A DNA stretch of 64,000 nt from Ramazzottius varieornatus (taxonomy: Eukaryota > Animalia > Tardigrada), in assembly GCA_001949185.1 (NCBI GenBank), contig BDGG01000003.1:2297663-2361662 (forward strand). Direction: 5' to 3'. The notes beneath the pieces were generated by a model. That model saw only the letters and a program-made list of their open reading frames with translations, was not told the DNA's origin and ran no database searches. Made by a program: the position numbers and the translations under genes. This document shows positions 31,886-46,683 of the stretch, piece by piece (the first letter of the stretch is position 1; the number at the start of each line of letters is the position of its first letter).

Positions 31886-34800
31886 TCATTTCCTCACCAA
31901 CGGTGACGAGCGATCACGACACTGTTCCGGCCTCACTTTCCTCAGCGCAAAGGTTCGATTCTTAATTTGGTCCATCACACAGGTTCGTGCATCGTTCCCA
32001 TTCTGTTGACTCGCCGGTGAGTTCCCGGGCGGGCGCTGAATCGGTGCGGGAAGCCTGTGCGCCACTTCACCCTGGTTACTGCTACCATTCCCCCACGCAT
32101 GCAACGGCTGCGAGGACGCCGACGCATTTGGTACGCTGTTTATCCGCGCGCCGTTACGAAAGCGTTCTTGTAGGCTGTTTATCATATTGGAATGGTTGAT
32201 TGAACTGTTAAACTGTGTTCTGTTTTGGCTGGTCATGTTTAACTGAGGCGCGACGTTCGCGCTACTGTTTGGGATGTTGGGTGTGTTAGTGTACTGTGGT
32301 CGCTTAGGAGCGGGTTGAGACATCGCGCTGGGCGTTTGGTCGTCCATGTCGTAGATGGACTGATGAAGGCTGGGAGTGCGGCGGATGGGGAGAGGCGGAG
32401 GCGGTGCGCGGTTCTGTCCACCGGGAATGCCGTAAATCTGCTGGCTTAGCCGACGCTGCGAACGCTCGATCGACATTGCCCCGTGCTTCCGCATCACCAC
32501 TGCAATCCGAATTAACTCTCTTCGAATCTTCTAGTCAAACAGATTGGAAGAAGACAGCCTACCTTCGGTTTGAGAGTTTTCTGAAACGCTGATGGAATCA
32601 CAGTCTTTGGCTTTTACTCGGCGAATGGTCATGGAAGCGTGGGGCTCGCTGCCGTCGTTACGGGGCGAGTAGGAACGACCACTGAACTGCCCACTACCAC
32701 TGGCGAACTGGCCACCTCCGTCGTCGTTCTGGTCCAGGACCCAATTTTCAGGTGGCGGTGGCAAGGAGGCAGTGTCACTCATTGAGTTGGCGTAGATCAC
32801 AGCGTCATCTGAGCGAGGAGGAGGCGGCGACGGAGTAGCTTTCCCGGCATCATTCGTTCGATGCAAAGCTAAAACCAATCCGTACAGTTCAGCACATTTT
32901 CAGCTACATTTCTATGTGGTAAAAAAACTTCGGGGAATCAAGCTCAAATATCTGCGCACACGGAATCATTCGATTGCGACGCCTGTGTATGCAGGCGACC
33001 GAGAGCGGCGTCGAACCAAACATCACGCTCTTGTATACCGGTACACGCCATCTTTGCCACCACACAGCGGTTAACCGTATGCAGGTTCATCAATCATGAG
33101 GAGTCATGAAAACATCAGATTCATTTTTCCGGATCTTACCTCGATGCGGGAACGCATGTCCAGGTGGCAAGAACGTCTCCTGCGTCAGCGGTGGTCGTTT
33201 AGCTGGATAACCGTTGTACGAGATCGTGTGTGCTCGTTCGACAGCTCGTCCACCAGACTGTCCGATGTCCGAAGTATCGTGCAAAACCATGGACTGCGGA
33301 GCTTGCTGGCCTAACCAGCCCGTCATGGAACCATTTCGCGCTGACAGAGGTGGTTGCGTCGTCGGAGTCAGCAATTTGTCTGGCGAACCTTCTGCCGTAC
33401 CTTCCGGCTGAAACCCTGCAACAGCCACCAAGATGCAGCCTACTTTCAACGAATATAATTCATGGTCCTTCCCAAGATCATCATCTCAAGTGGCGCACGT
33501 TTTCATTACCGTTGGCTGGAAGGCTGCGCCACTTCAGGGTAACGAGAATGGACTTGTTTGTCCAGCTCTCGTCTTTAACTGGATTAGAGTATTCGTATGT
33601 GAAAACAATTACCGTTTACATGATCGGGATGCGAAACGAAGCCAGAGTCGCCGCTGGAAATACTGCTAAACCGAATGGTCGAATAATACTCATTACGGAC
33701 GGCCAAGCTCAGCGGATGGTGTCTGTTCACCGATCCACCCTGCAAGTCTTCGGACCTCGACAAACTCGCTCGTCGAGGTCTCCGCTTGTGGTGAGCGGGC
33801 AACAGCGTGTCGTTGTTCCCTTCGTCTTCCCCGTCCGAGTCGCCATCATGTTCAGCGATGGAGGATGTGATGGACGAGGGGTAGTAGTGCTGTTCGTGGC
33901 CGTTGTTATCGCTGTAGCAGCGTCGGTAGGTCTTGTTGGGACCAGCGGCTGTCAGGGTCTTGTCCAGGTTGTCCAGCTTGATGCCACCGTAGGAGGAGAC
34001 GTCGGAAGAAGCGTAGGACGACGTGGAAGCGTTGCTGATACTGCAGATACTTCCTTGTCGTTCACCCATCACAGTGGGATCGTGGCGACCGGGAAAGTTG
34101 GTCTCTTCGTCTTTACTTCCGGAGAACTTTGTCGAAGAGACTCGGCTGGCGGAAGTGGGTTCTTCTAACAACGGTGAACCCGGCGGACTCTGTGAGAAAA
34201 ACTCCGAATTTAACGTACGAGTTTCAGTGTGCTGTAATTATAACCATCCAAATGTTAACTGATTTAAGCTACATAAACTGAATAAGTGTGCTGATTCCCT
34301 TCCCATTGTCCGAATTCCTTATTAGGTGAAAAAAAATTTACAAGAACTTTGAAGTGTTGTCCGGAAACTCACGCAACAAAAACAAAACTTCCAAAAAGAT
34401 CTTGTTCAATAAATATTCTTTATTCAGATATTATAAATTTAGTGGTACGACGAGACGAGAGGAATACGAATTGGAGTATCAAAATTTTGGTTCAGTACAA
34501 TATTTCGTATAAATTTGTACCATGTAATTGCCCCAATGATTGGAGCCGGAGCTACAGCTGCTGCTGTAATAGGTGTCATTAGCAAGATGGTCCTGGGTGG
34601 GCAAGTCGACCGAGGAGCACGTGGATTTGACGTCTTGCAGCGCTTGAACGGAGGCGGCCGGAAGTTGAAATGGATCGGCCGAGTGTTGCATCAGCAAGTC
34701 CGTAATCTCCTCCAAATGCACCATTTCACTCAACATACCCAATTCCTCATCCTGAAAAAATACGGACCGGAAGGAAGCGTCAGTCAGTTAGGCGCGAGGC

Positions 34801-37800
34801 TCCACTATCTTTTCCCATCATGTAATTGTTTGCCGAGGATCACGTACCAAGAAGGGCTTCAGACAGGAAACGAAGAGGCAGAAGCGCGAACGCTCCTCAA
34901 TCATGGCTTGGCGGACTGCTTCAGATTCCTTGTCCTGCAACTGACGCTTCATCTCAACCAGGTCGTTCCAGGCATCGTTCGCCTTACTGGAGCCACTGCC
35001 TGAATACAGTCCTTGCTTTATCGTTCCTGATGACCATAGAAAAAGAACCTTTAAAGCAGAAGTCTTGCTACTCCTTGGAATCACTTCTGAAATCTGTTGC
35101 ACTGAGCGTATTTCTAGTTCAAGCAGCCACGAAGACTGACGGTATCGCTGACGATTTTCTTGGTTCTTTTCTACAGTATTTTGTACATGAAATTTGATTC
35201 AGAAACGTGTGAGAAACTGACGAACCTTTCTTGGCTTTTTTCTGGAGGCGAATGGTGTCATTGCTTCGTTTCTTAATTTCCGTCCGACACCTTTTATACT
35301 CTGAAGAAAGAGAGCATGGTGAAACTTATAACGCAGAGAAACCTTTTCAATGATCTCATAACGTCTTTCATTTTACTTTTAGTCTCCAGAGGGCAACTAA
35401 AAGTTATCACTGTATTGGAAGGAACTACATGCCTTTAGCGTGTTCCTTGTCCATGTATCCGCAAGTCTTTTTCCAGTCCTCCATCTTATCTTGCAATGGT
35501 GTCACCAAGCAGTCCATCAGAGCACTGCAATCGACAGAAAGAAATTAGCGTCCTTCCATCATTGTTGCATCAAGTATCAATAAGGCTTCACTCCTTAGCT
35601 ACGCCTCAATTAGCCCGTATCGTTGCACAAGACAACCACAAGGTAACGATAGCTGTAGAAACTGTCAAGCCGCACGAACCGTGCCGCCACTCTACGACAA
35701 AAGTGTTACCTGGTGAAAGTCTTCATCTTTGCTTCAATGCTCCGCTGCCGAAGCACCATCCGTGTCAAGCACTTGCCAATCTCCTTGGTGGCTCCTGAAA
35801 CAACAAAGATCCAGTTACATCACCATCCTCAAAACCACGGCATCACGAACTTTCTGATTTTCGCTTCAAACAGAAAAACGCAACCGTCAACACGGCGAAT
35901 ATGATTTCTATTTGATGATCCACACACGTGTACTTTTCCCCTTTTTTACTCATGAAATTTTATTTTATTCCGGAATTTTTCTGCGAACTCCTTCACGTTT
36001 GGTTACACTTTTCTTTCCTTGCAAGTATTCAAATCAAAAGAGTCTTCTCGAAAGACAGGTGCCGCATGTCCAAGCTCATATTCTTTCTTACGCCAATATT
36101 TGCTCAGCTACACGTTTCTTTCTCCGCCATCTTCCCCGACATAAGACAAGCATGTAATGCGCTGTTATCGTATCACTTGACCTGCAGCCAGATTGACAAG
36201 CAATTGCCCTACAAATCCGGCTACTTTCCGCCATATTTCATTCAGTCACTTTTTCTTCACCGTCAACCGACAAAAGGATCTAAAGAAACGCCTGACAAGA
36301 ACGGCTGTTTTTTAGCCTGTAAGCTTTCGCTCCACTATTTATCCACCCTCTTCAAGCTCTTCCACAAATATTGGCCAACTACTCCTTCTTGCGCAGCCTT
36401 CCTCTCGAACGTAGCATTTCATTACACCACCTCCACATCGATCTTCCACTGTTTACCCACAAAGCTACTTCCTAACCTGAACCATCAGACACCTGCGTAA
36501 AAATTACGTCCACCGTTCTCTTCCCGACAGGTTCGCGAGACGAAAGTCTTCTAGGCATACCGAAAGACCCATGATTCTCTGGTGTAAGCCTAAAGCTGAA
36601 AATAATGGATATTTATGATCGCCGCTCCAAACGGCTTGCAATTTCTTGATTAAACGCAGTTGGCTTGAAAGCAGCATTAGCCTCATCTAAACTACGCTCG
36701 AACAAAGCACATAGGAAGCCAAGCTGCCTCGTCCAGCCGTATGCTTGGGGACCCGAAACCATTACATCCGACGCGATGTGTTATCCATCACTCACAAGGA
36801 TCATACTTTACTCGCTCATCTGACCGCTGCTCCCGTTTCCGAGAATTCAACGACCCAAGCCGAAATATGCCCTCTGAAAAACTCTATATCCCATCAATCT
36901 ATGATCGAGACGCAGAAAGAACTGAGAGGTCGGCAAACAAAGTGAATGCGGTCGCCGATTCCAGTGGCGCACGATGTCGTGTTACTGGCTGCAAGAGTGC
37001 GCCAATCGGGAAAACAACCATGTTCAACTCATTTGCGACGACGCCGACGTCCCCACTTAGGAAAGATACCAATATGAAAAGTTTAGGAAACGGATCTTGA
37101 GGAAATGGAAGGTTCAGTTTCGTTCCCAAAAACTGCGTTTGAAAATTGTCGAGTTTCATAATGCGTTTTATCATATCATATGATTTCTCCCCGCGGTTCG
37201 TCAATATGTACTCAGGCTGAAAGTTGGTCTTTCTTCCACGATTTTGCAACGAATGTTGCAGTGCTTTTCTTGAATTTTGACACACTTTCTGGTTGAATGG
37301 GGCATATGGGATGTTGAAGGAAGCTTTATATTGCTAGCCCACAGCATATGGCCGGTATAATTGCACTCTGAGAAGCCAGAGCAAGCTAAAGAGAAAGATG
37401 AGGGCGTACAATCCGTTTGGTCGATGGAGGATAAAAACACACAGCCTTCCATCTCCTGACCTAGAATACAAGCCCTAAAAAATTCCGCCCTTTTCCACAG
37501 AAAGTCTCTGCATGCAAAGCATGATCGATTACCGACCGACCGAAAGAAAGAGGAAGCGCAAAAGCGAGGCAAGAGTCCCATCTGCGCGATGGCCGCAACA
37601 GTAATACTACATCGCTAAGTTAATCAATACTCTTACAACCTATACAAAATCTGCGCGCAGTGCCTTTTGCCTCATTTGAATGGCTTGTACCTCAAAGAAA
37701 TCTTCCGCGCGGAAGACTATGATCTATATCCCCTTTTACCACCTCCCGGAGACCCACATTCATCATCGGGAAGCCAGTAGGCCCTTCGTTCGACTGCTGG

Positions 37801-40800
37801 CTGAAGGTCCTCAATTATTCGAGAGAATTCAACCAGAAAAGTCCCACAAAGGCAGAGCTGTTCAACAGAAAAACCCATCCATTTGTAAAAGCTTACGATA
37901 TAAATCACCAAAGATAATTTCGAAAATATTTTGGGACCTGGACAAACGAACTGATCGTAATAGTAACTGTTGTCTCAAGTGACTCATGTCTTCATCGTTA
38001 GCGGCTGGAAATGTGCGCCACTTGCAAAAAAGATCTGGTTCCAAATTATTTGCCCCACTGTACAGTTTTCTGGTGCAGTGCAACGGGAGCCTCGTCCTTT
38101 TTTGGCACTCCTCTGGACCTCAACCCGGATATTCTGAAAGAACTTGTCGAGGAGGGAAGAGAAATCTCAACGACCAAAGCGCACGCGACATCCATATTGG
38201 TTTTGGACAAGGAAGAGAAATGTGGGGCACATGCGAGACATTAAAATCGACTTGAGAAAAGCCAAGGAAAAGACGTCTGGAGGCGAGAAAGCGACGATTG
38301 AATATCATTAGAATATACAGAAGAGATCTGCGGACAGGCATATGAGGCTATTCTCTCTGATGGTTACACAAACAAGTATTTAGCCGGCCTGTCATATTCC
38401 TCATTTCAAGATGAAGCTGACCACCATCAGCCGCGACGCCATTTCATTCTCATCAATGTGTTCCCTATAACAACAGACGTAACGTCCGAAAGCTGCCTTT
38501 TCAAGCCTTAGCTCAACATCCGCTTCACTTCCTCCCGCCTCCAACAACAATATTCTCGATGCAGAAAGGACACTCTTGTAACTGCATAAGCCCCTGTTAC
38601 ATATTCCATCAATCCGTCTTGGAATTTCTAGCTACAGTAGATAGCGTTTGTCTTTCTCACTGACAAATCTCTCGTCGAGGCGCGTCTTCTAAAATTCAAG
38701 CTGATCTGAAGCCTCCAAGGAAATCAATGTAGCATCTGCGCAAAACAAATTCCAACAGACAGGAAGCTCCAGCTGAAAGACCAGAGCATTCCATACAAAT
38801 CATGTCAAGTTCAACAGTTGCCAACAGTCACTTGCTATCAGTGCTCTAATTATTTTAAAACTTTTGAATTTCCGAACAATATTTTGCCTCACTGCCACTT
38901 TCGTCCAAGACTGCTGAAAATTATTCAAATTCGCTTTCGACCTTCCTAGTCTTGAAAAGCTGCTTCTCTGTTGTTTACTCTTCTGGTGATATCTTAAAAC
39001 AACGGGATGCGGGCAACTGAATTGAAGCAGGTCGTCTTCTCAAACGGCGCACGTTTCTATTGTTGCTGGCCGAAAGTGTGCGCTACTTGGGCAAAAAATT
39101 TGGTTCAGATCATTTAATAATATCCCAAGTTATCTTACAGGCGGACATTTTTCGAAAATGGGAATCTCATCCTACCCATCAGTTTTGAGAAAGGTTTTGG
39201 CCATTCAACTCCACAAGTTTTCAATTTCATTCCCTTACGGCACGTAAGGGCCGCGGTCTTTCATCACAGCTGCATAGTGGATATGCTCCATCGACGTCCA
39301 CTTTGAGCCTTCAGAAACATGTCCACTTTATAATCTCGGCTCTCGTCCATGCATGCATGGCCAGAGCGAGTCTCAATGACCAGCGCATGGACGAAGCAAG
39401 TCTCAAAACATTACTAATTGAACACGAAAGGAAACGGCACTCGCCTTCATTTCCTCGTCTGTCACTTTACTCTTTCTATATTTGAAACGTAAGCATAAAA
39501 ACGTGATGGACGCCGGGTTATATTATTATCGTTAAAGAAGACCGTCGGTCTCTGCTTAAAGCAACACTATTTACCTCGTGCATTAGTCGCCACATCTGCC
39601 ACTCGTTGAAAGGCATCCAAGAAGGCCGAACTGGCCACGAGCGTCGATCTGCAAAGTAAACAGCATGTCTGAGGTTAAAAAACATCAGAGATATTGCCAT
39701 TATCTGCCAGTGGCTCAAATGAACCATCTTGTAAGCTGTTCCAGCACTATGCTCCATTGAGAAACGTTGCAGGCACAGTAGCACTTCATCAAGGTGGCAC
39801 TGCATCTACTGTGGGACCAGCATGCGACAGCTGTCAAGTGCTCTTGCGGTCGCCATCTCCATACTTACTGATCACTGACCGATGTCGTAAATAAACAAGA
39901 AACGCGCGTCGTATTCTACACTTGATATAGTGGCCTAAAGAAAGCAGCTGGACGAGCAAGCTTACCGTAATGCTCCGTGAAGGCGACTTGATTTCCCCAG
40001 AAAATCCTCCCATACAACCGTACTTCCCTGCAAGAACAAAAACCCAAAATCAGTTTTCCGTAGAGTAAAATGTATGCTGAAAACTCAGGCCTATCTCCAA
40101 CGGGCTTCCTGTTCGCTTTCCATATCCTGATGAAGCTTTTCTTGCTATTGCGAGCTGTGCGAACGTAACGTACAAGATGGCCATACCAAGTGGCGCACAT
40201 TCTCGTTGTTACTGGCTGGAAGGGTGCGTCACCTTGTATGTTTTGTTTACCCAGCTCCCAGTTCTTCCCGGAATCTCCACGAAAATACGGCATATCGTCA
40301 GAACGAAATATCAGATTCCCTTTTTGTAACTTTCTGCGCGAAACTACTGCCTGCTGTTTTCTCAGAGTGTTCTTCAGATTCTTGTGAGGAGTTCTGACAG
40401 ACTTAGTCCCGCCAGTTTTCGATTTGCCTGGATCAATAGACTGTTTGGTTTCACCGCGTACAGAGGTGTTGTGGTCAAACGAGTGAGTTTGTAACTTGTT
40501 ATGAAGTTAGGAGGACTCTCTTTGTTTTCGGTGTGGGCATATTTGATTACTCTATCAATATACATCATTATAATTGCCCCGAGGCCGCGATTCCCGACCA
40601 TCAACGCTATTAACTTTTCCCTCCTGATCGACCCAGAGTTTCCCCTCACGTTCTAGAGCGTGCTTGACCGTTGTCCTACGGGATTAATATCGGTTGGAGG
40701 AAACGCCAGGCAAATTTCAATATTTATCTCATTTGGCTCTAGCCAAGCGTGGGAATTCGTGCTTAGTTTGGCTAATCAATAGCTCGCACGTTTGATACGT

Positions 40801-42464
40801 ATTACTGCCTTCCTTGCTCGATAAGCTTTCCCGTAGACCGCGACGCCGCCGAGCACTTTTTACAGATGACCGGATTATATTACGAAGATAAGAGACGAAA
40901 TTGGTGCCGTTTGCCACGTAATTCGATTTTCTGTTGGCATACTTCAAGTCGAGAGCGAACCCAGCGAGGTTCGCCGTGGCACAATGCGATATTCAGCTTG
41001 AGAGAACCCCAGCTGTTCATCCTGATGCAATTTAGAGTTCTCTGCGGTTCATTTTTCTCACCCATACGGTAAAAGAACGACAAACAGAAAAGAACGCGCA
41101 TTATGAAATACGCAGATTTTCCTATTGTGGAACTTTTGTGAGAGAACAAATTCCCAAGACACATTTTCTCCGCCGATTATAAAATCTTTACAGCCTGTAA
41201 ATCCCTCGCTTTTCCTCCACGCCATAGCAGATTCAAAAAGTCAGTTTTCCGCCCACCAAGAAAAATTCAATATCAACTGAGACCACCGAAGATTCAACTG
41301 TTCATTTCGCATGCTCCATGGTTCCCCAGCGAATACCGAAAAAGTTACCAGAACTGTCAGAACTTCTAGCTCACTAGCTCGGCTTTTCGACAGCTTTAGA
41401 ATTTCCACGCTGAATATTTCCAACTACGTACTTAGTGAGGCGAGGAATGCTTTTTTGCGGCATCCGGCCCAAGCTGCAAATTGTTTTCGGTTTTAAATTT
41501 TGAAATCTATAATTTCGTGAGGCATAATGATAAGAGGGACTTTTCAAGCGAGACAGCTTGGTGGGGAGAGAGTCGTGCTTTGAAGGCTCTTGGTCAGAAA
41601 GCAATAATCAAGATTTTAGAGAGTTCAGCAGCACGTGCCATGCTTGCAGACATATTCTGCACTTCAGACCCTTTAGATACAGGGAAAGGACAGGAAGGAA
41701 GCTGCGCGTCTATAACTAATCTCTTGCACCTGCATTAAATTCGGCCCAAACAAGGCCGGCTTTATCTGTTTCCAACCATAACCTATGACCAAGGTTATGG
41801 TAGTAGTAAAACGCTGCGGCCTTAAAGAATTTACTTTTGATAATCTAGCCACTTGTCGAGCCTTTCCCTCAAGAAAAAAGGCGAAGCATGCTGGTCTGAA
41901 TTTCATGTCGTCGACTTGGATATAAAATCGAAACTATCCTCGTTATGCAATTTTCAAGATTGCGAAACTCGATAACCTCGCTTCCACCAAAGCAGACCTT
42001 TGAAATTCTACCGCTCCAACTTATACACTAGGCTTTCTTTCTCCTGTCCCTGCTTAAGGCTTGGGCTATAGCGAAAACACTCAATCACAGTAGTTACAAA
42101 GGTATCAGGAAATGGGACGTGGGCATATGAACTAACTAAGTGCTTTTCTCAAGTAGCGCACAGTTTCGTTGTCGTCGGCTGATGGTGTGCGTCACTTGGG
42201 ACAGCCATCTGGCTTAGTTCATTTGCCCAGTGCCAAAATGAGGAAGGTAGAACGAAAGCCCACCTTCATATCATTCATGATCTGCTGGAAGAGCTGCGCC
42301 AACGCGACGTTGCAGTGATCCTCCGAGCCATTGGCCGTGGAGATGCCAAAGCCCAGGCTGGAGGAGCAGGAGGACAAGGAAGTAGCGACGGAAGACGAGC
42401 CATGGTGAAGAGTCCCTCCGACCGAGTCCACTCTGTCCCGTCCTCCGGAAGTCAGCGTCGCCAT
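31886..42464 (-). CDS. MTSS1: MTSS1/MIM (I-BAR/IMD + WH2), multi-exon with large introns
   Basis: Exons give LAQLFQQIMNDMK|GSTVVWEDFLGKSSRLHGALR|STLVASSAFLDAFQRVADVATNAR|GATKEIGKCLTRMVLRQRSIEAKMKTFT|...LQDKMEDWKK...EERSRFCLFVSCLKPFL and SISSGDSGFVS. C-terminal WH2 VMDQIKNRTFALRKV...DRSSP. Confidence 0.93.
33465..33570. repeat. Palindromic element, copy 6 (MTSS1 intron)
   Basis: CTCAAGTGGCGCAC...TGCGCCACTTC. Confidence 0.7.
36924..37050. repeat. Palindromic element, copy 7 (MTSS1 intron)
   Basis: CCAGTGGCGCAC...GTGCGCCAATCGGGAAAAC...TCATTTGC. Confidence 0.75.
37931..38058. repeat. Palindromic element, copy 8 (MTSS1 intron)
   Basis: TTGGGACCTGGACAAACGAACTGA...CTCAAGTGACTCA...GTGCGCCACTTGC...ATTTGCCC. 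Confidence 0.75.
39003..39129. repeat. Palindromic element, copy 9 (MTSS1 intron)
   Basis: CGGGATGCGGGCAACTGAA...CAAACGGCGCAC...GTGCGCTACTTGGG...TCCCAA. Confidence 0.75.
40152..40260. repeat. Palindromic element, copy 10 (MTSS1 intron, right arm deleted)
   Basis: CCAAGTGGCGCAC ATTCTCGTTGTTACTGGCTGGAAG GGTGCGTCACC. Confidence 0.7.
42113..42237. repeat. Palindromic element, copy 11 (MTSS1 intron 1)
   Basis: TGGGACGTGGGCATATGAAC...CTCAAGTAGCGCAC...GTGCGTCACTTGGG...GTTCATTTGCCCA. Confidence 0.8.
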
Positions 42465-45128
42465 TAATTACGTGATGGAAGAAGGGATGTAGTAATCCGA
42501 CTGGTCGAACCAATGGTCAACATTGTGAGGGGAAACTATTCCAATGTATCTGCAAACAGAGAAAGAAGAGACCATCATTCGAGAACGAGCCGGACTCTGA
42601 CTTGGCTTTGATAATATTGCGCATTATACTGACACGCATTTTAACGGCAGCAGCTATCAACATGATGACAGCCAGATTAGACCAAACAACTCCCCGCTCA
42701 ACGGCCCGACATTGATGATATCGAAGAAGAACGAACGTCGCTTCACCCTGAAGGCCGAGAACTTCTTCCATGACTTCATCGAGAAGCGCTGATCAATCAA
42801 CAATCAAAACGCTATCCAAGCTTGATTGTTGATTAACAGAAACGACATTTTCACACTGAGATGTTGGTTGATTTGATGTGCTTGATTGAATAACAATGAC
42901 AAAGCAATTTGCGAAGAGATTTTGCAATACGGTGAATAAAATGGTCGCGTTTGTTTCTGGCCTTACAGATGCCCTGAAGAGCACAAGATAAAGAGTCTAA
43001 TTTACATAAGAGGACGTACCTGTCGCTCAGATCAATATTGCAGGATGAGGAATGCCATTCATCAAAAGAGCCTTGTCAAACATCGATCTGAACAATTAAA
43101 TCGTCGGTGGCGAGGCTGGACCGTCCACAACGATCATGTCCTGCCTCTGATAAGCATCAACGATGGCAGGAAAGATTCGTCGGACGTCTCGGATAGTCCT
43201 TTACCCGTGAAGGAGTGACTTTGACAGCCGTCTGCAATTTCAAAGCAAACAAGTGCGTTGCGGCGTATGTTTCGCAATAAGACACAAATCACACGCTCAA
43301 AAAACTTTTCCCGCGCTTCACAAAGAGCCAGGGTAACACGGTTGACGTAAACCTGCTACATCTTCAACAAGCCCCGATCTCCATACAGTATTTTTCCACA
43401 TCCAGATTTAGCTCCAAAGGGAAGAGATCTCTCCGACATGTGAAACGCATTTTGTGCTGAAGTGAAGCAGCAATCGATCACAGTTCAGTTCTCCAGAGGC
43501 CCCTATCAATTTGTCTTGGGCGTGGTCCCGTCCGTGTCCACCAGCCGGTTCCAACTCGGCTGAGTCGGCTCGGCACACTCCGTCGCCTGCTTTCCCACGG
43601 TTTTTCGGCTTGAATTTTCTATACCCTTTCTAAGAAACATGATCTAAGCTTTTTGTGGTCATAAATGATAAAGAGCCTCATAATCTGCGTACCTCGAGGA
43701 ACAATGTTGACTTTCGGATTACAGTTGGTTCGGGCGGGACCGACCGCGCTGACTGTTGGGGCTGCTGGCTGCCCCACATTCCTCAACCAATCCCATGGTG
43801 CACAGCTTAATCCAACAAAAGGCTGCACCGCCTCCGCAGATTACCCGGCAGTGCGTAGTCGCAAGAGCAGATGGCGAGCCGCGTTTCTTTCCTCCTCTGC
43901 AGGAGTTTGCACTGACTTTTCAGCAATTTCACACACTTGAAATGGAGAGACAGGGGCAATTTTGTTTGCAGAATGTCGATAGCGTATCAACTTATGACAG
44001 TCCATGGGTCAAAGCATAAACTGACCAATATTGGACCCCCGCAACGTTCCAAATTGGATAAAAGCTGAACTCGACTGTGCTTCCTTCAGCAATCAAACTC
44101 CTTTTTGATGCCTTTACACAATTCGTCTAATAAAGTCCCATTGTTTCCCACCGTAAATGCTCTCTACACCCACAACGACCATCTGGTGCTTCGCCACTTG
44201 CATGTCAAGAACCCCGCGGTGTATCATTACTGCCGAACCCGGAGAACCTTTCGAAGTTCCTAAGAGCCACCAAACTAACTCGTACCACAAATTCCCTAAT
44301 ATCAGTCACAGATTACTTCAGCGGACACTCAGAAATACAAGCCAACTTTGTCATGTACCTGGTACACCCAAATTTCACTTTGTCCAGAGTGGATAAGCCA
44401 TTTCGGTACGCAGCGCGTTGCGACCGGAAGTACCTGAAGATCGCGGCTACGTCGCGCCATTGTTTCACTTGCCGTTTCACAACAGCCTTCCAGCAACTGG
44501 TTTGCCACCTTACGCAATTCTGACGGAGTCCTTAAGGTGTGGAAGAGTTTCTGGCAGCAACTGTACATACATATTCAGCGGTTCAAGATAAAACCACAAC
44601 TTGAATTGCTGACACTCTTGTCAAATCTCAAGTTGTTTTCCAGCTGATAACACGGCGTTTAGTTCCACCGCACGCACTAACCGGCATCTCCACCTGTAAA
44701 CTTACCTACGTAATCAGTGCTGCTCTTTACTTCTTTTCACTTTCTTGAACATGATTGTTTCCGGCTGTGAACTGGCATCAAATTCAGAGTAACTTCAGCC
44801 ATGCGTAACTCTCGGTCTTGCGCACCTTCCGTCAACCTTTTCTGCGCTCGACCAATTAACTTCACGTGACATAAAAGAAATTTCTGCCGGCTCGAACTCG
44901 TCATGAGGCCGTTCTCATTATCAATCTGAGAACCGGACCCATTACGAATATGATTTACGATATTTGAAAACTGTTCACCGAAGAAATATTGAGAGTACTT
45001 CGGACGTGCGGCTTCTCCGCCGGCGATCTCTCCACATTTTTCCTTGATACCTAAAACACAAACCTTGGATGGTTAATTCTCTCGGAACTTCAGGCGCATA
45101 GAACAGAAAGAACGCCTCGGTGAAAAAC

Positions 45129-46213
45129 ATGGCAGTTGTATCGAAATTTCTGGAGCGTAACAATTTGTCATTGTTGAAGTACCGTCAAGGCATATTCGGT
45201 CAAGTGGCGCACTTTCGAGCAGAGTACTTGATGGAGAGATGGGTCCACAATGATCCCCACAATTCTCTGTTTAGACGTTTAGCTCTGTCTCCAGCTGTCA
45301 CGTCCGTACGAATTAAAAGTATCAGGGAAACGTTTAAATTCGATAGTTATTCTAGAATGTGGGTCGACGATATTGCTGGAGAGCTTATGACGTTGCCCGA
45401 TCATCTGCACAGCCATTATGTTGCCTTAGAGGTTCTCTTGTCTTTATCAGGATTAACCGCCTTTATCTGCATACTGACAGCGTTCTCCGGAAACTACATC
45501 GATGACGAGAATGTCTTTCACGCGGTGGTTATGTTTTGTGTCTTCCTCGTGGAGGGTTTCTCGGTTCTTCTGGCTCTTTGTAACTTCTGGAACCGAGGTT
45601 TTCGCCGACCAAAAGATGTGCACTTTATCGTGAGCTTTTTTCCATTTCACCGTCTACACCAGACAAGACTAATCGGGACGTGGCGTCGACACAAGCGTTG
45701 AACCAGCTCTTTATCCCAAGTAGCGCATGCGTTCATTGTTTTTGGCTAGTGGTGTTAGTCGTTTTGGAAAACAACCTGGTTCAGTTCATTTGCCCACTTC
45801 CCGATTAGGCACATGCAAGATATCCCTGTTGGTTCTCTAGTGAATATGCTGTATTTCGTTCACAGAAATTAATCAAAGGTTGTACCGGATTATTCTTCAG
45901 CTTCCTCAGCACGTCGTTGGTAATCGGCTTCTACTTGTATCGGTGGGAGGCGCGCTGCGTGCTCGAGCGGGGACGAAGAAACTTCCAAAAGTGCGATTGC
46001 ATCGTTGCAAGCGCGGTGAGGTTTTTGAGTTCACAAGGGACCGCTTCTTTAAAGTTCTGAAAATAAATAAACATAAACAAGGTTACGATCTGAGATATTC
46101 CAATAATGCCTGGTACCGAGTTCTGATGCGTGCTTGCACTTCAGGTTTTGGGTGGTGTTATCACCTTTTTATACCTCGTCAAAAGTATGAAGGCCTTCCG
46201 CATGAGAAAATAG
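45129..46213 (+). CDS. Four-TM MARVEL/CKLF-like protein, paralog 1 (3 exons; start uncertain)
   Basis: Exons end 45629, ~45866-46015 and 46144-46213 with phase-0 GT-AG introns. Four hydrophobic helices (VALEVLLSLSGLTAFICIL; AVVMFCVFLVEGFSVLLAL; LIKGCTGLFFSFLSTSLVIG; IVASAVLGGVITFLYLV). The true start may be 45357 or 45387. Confidence 0.55.
45673..45804. repeat. Palindromic element, copy 12 (intronic)
   Basis: TCGGGACGTGG...TTGAACCAG...CCCAAGTAGCGCA...CTGGTTCAGTTCATTTGCCCACTTCCCGA. Confidence 0.75.
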
Positions 46214-46683
46214 CCGACCCTGGAAGCACGGAAGTTTACCACACTTACCATGCAAGGGACTTCGGAAGACCGCCTCCGGACCGGCACGTCAACTGCAACA
46301 CTTCTTGTACAAAGAACTCGTTCTTCCTCCAAGAATCCGCGGGACCACAAGCTTGCAAAGCGAAAACGGACTTGAGACAAAGAACCGATCCGATAACATT
46401 ATTCATCTTGACTTCTCTAATCTACTGTTCGACAAGATATGAATTCCACACAAGTAATATGCTTGGCTGAGATGCGAGCTGGCGAGTAAGGAAAATATCA
46501 ACCGTCTCAGCTGGCTCTTCCAAACCTCCACATAGTCTTTTGCTTATGTTGCAGAAATCACAATTTTGTACCGGAACATGAATAATTAATGGTAGAACGT
46601 TTATTCGTTGCTGTGGTAAGATGCGGAAATACTTTGTCACAGTTCATCGGGATCCTTGCTGGACCATCTATGGTCGGAACAAA

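Noticed and set aside
33230-34168. 312-aa plus-strand ORF
   Set aside because: Antisense shadow of a Ser-rich MTSS1 exon and intron.
44885-44945. Hairpin plus B-box-like GAGTTCGAGCC (minus strand) as a tRNA/SINE
   Set aside because: No cloverleaf, A-box or acceptor stem found.
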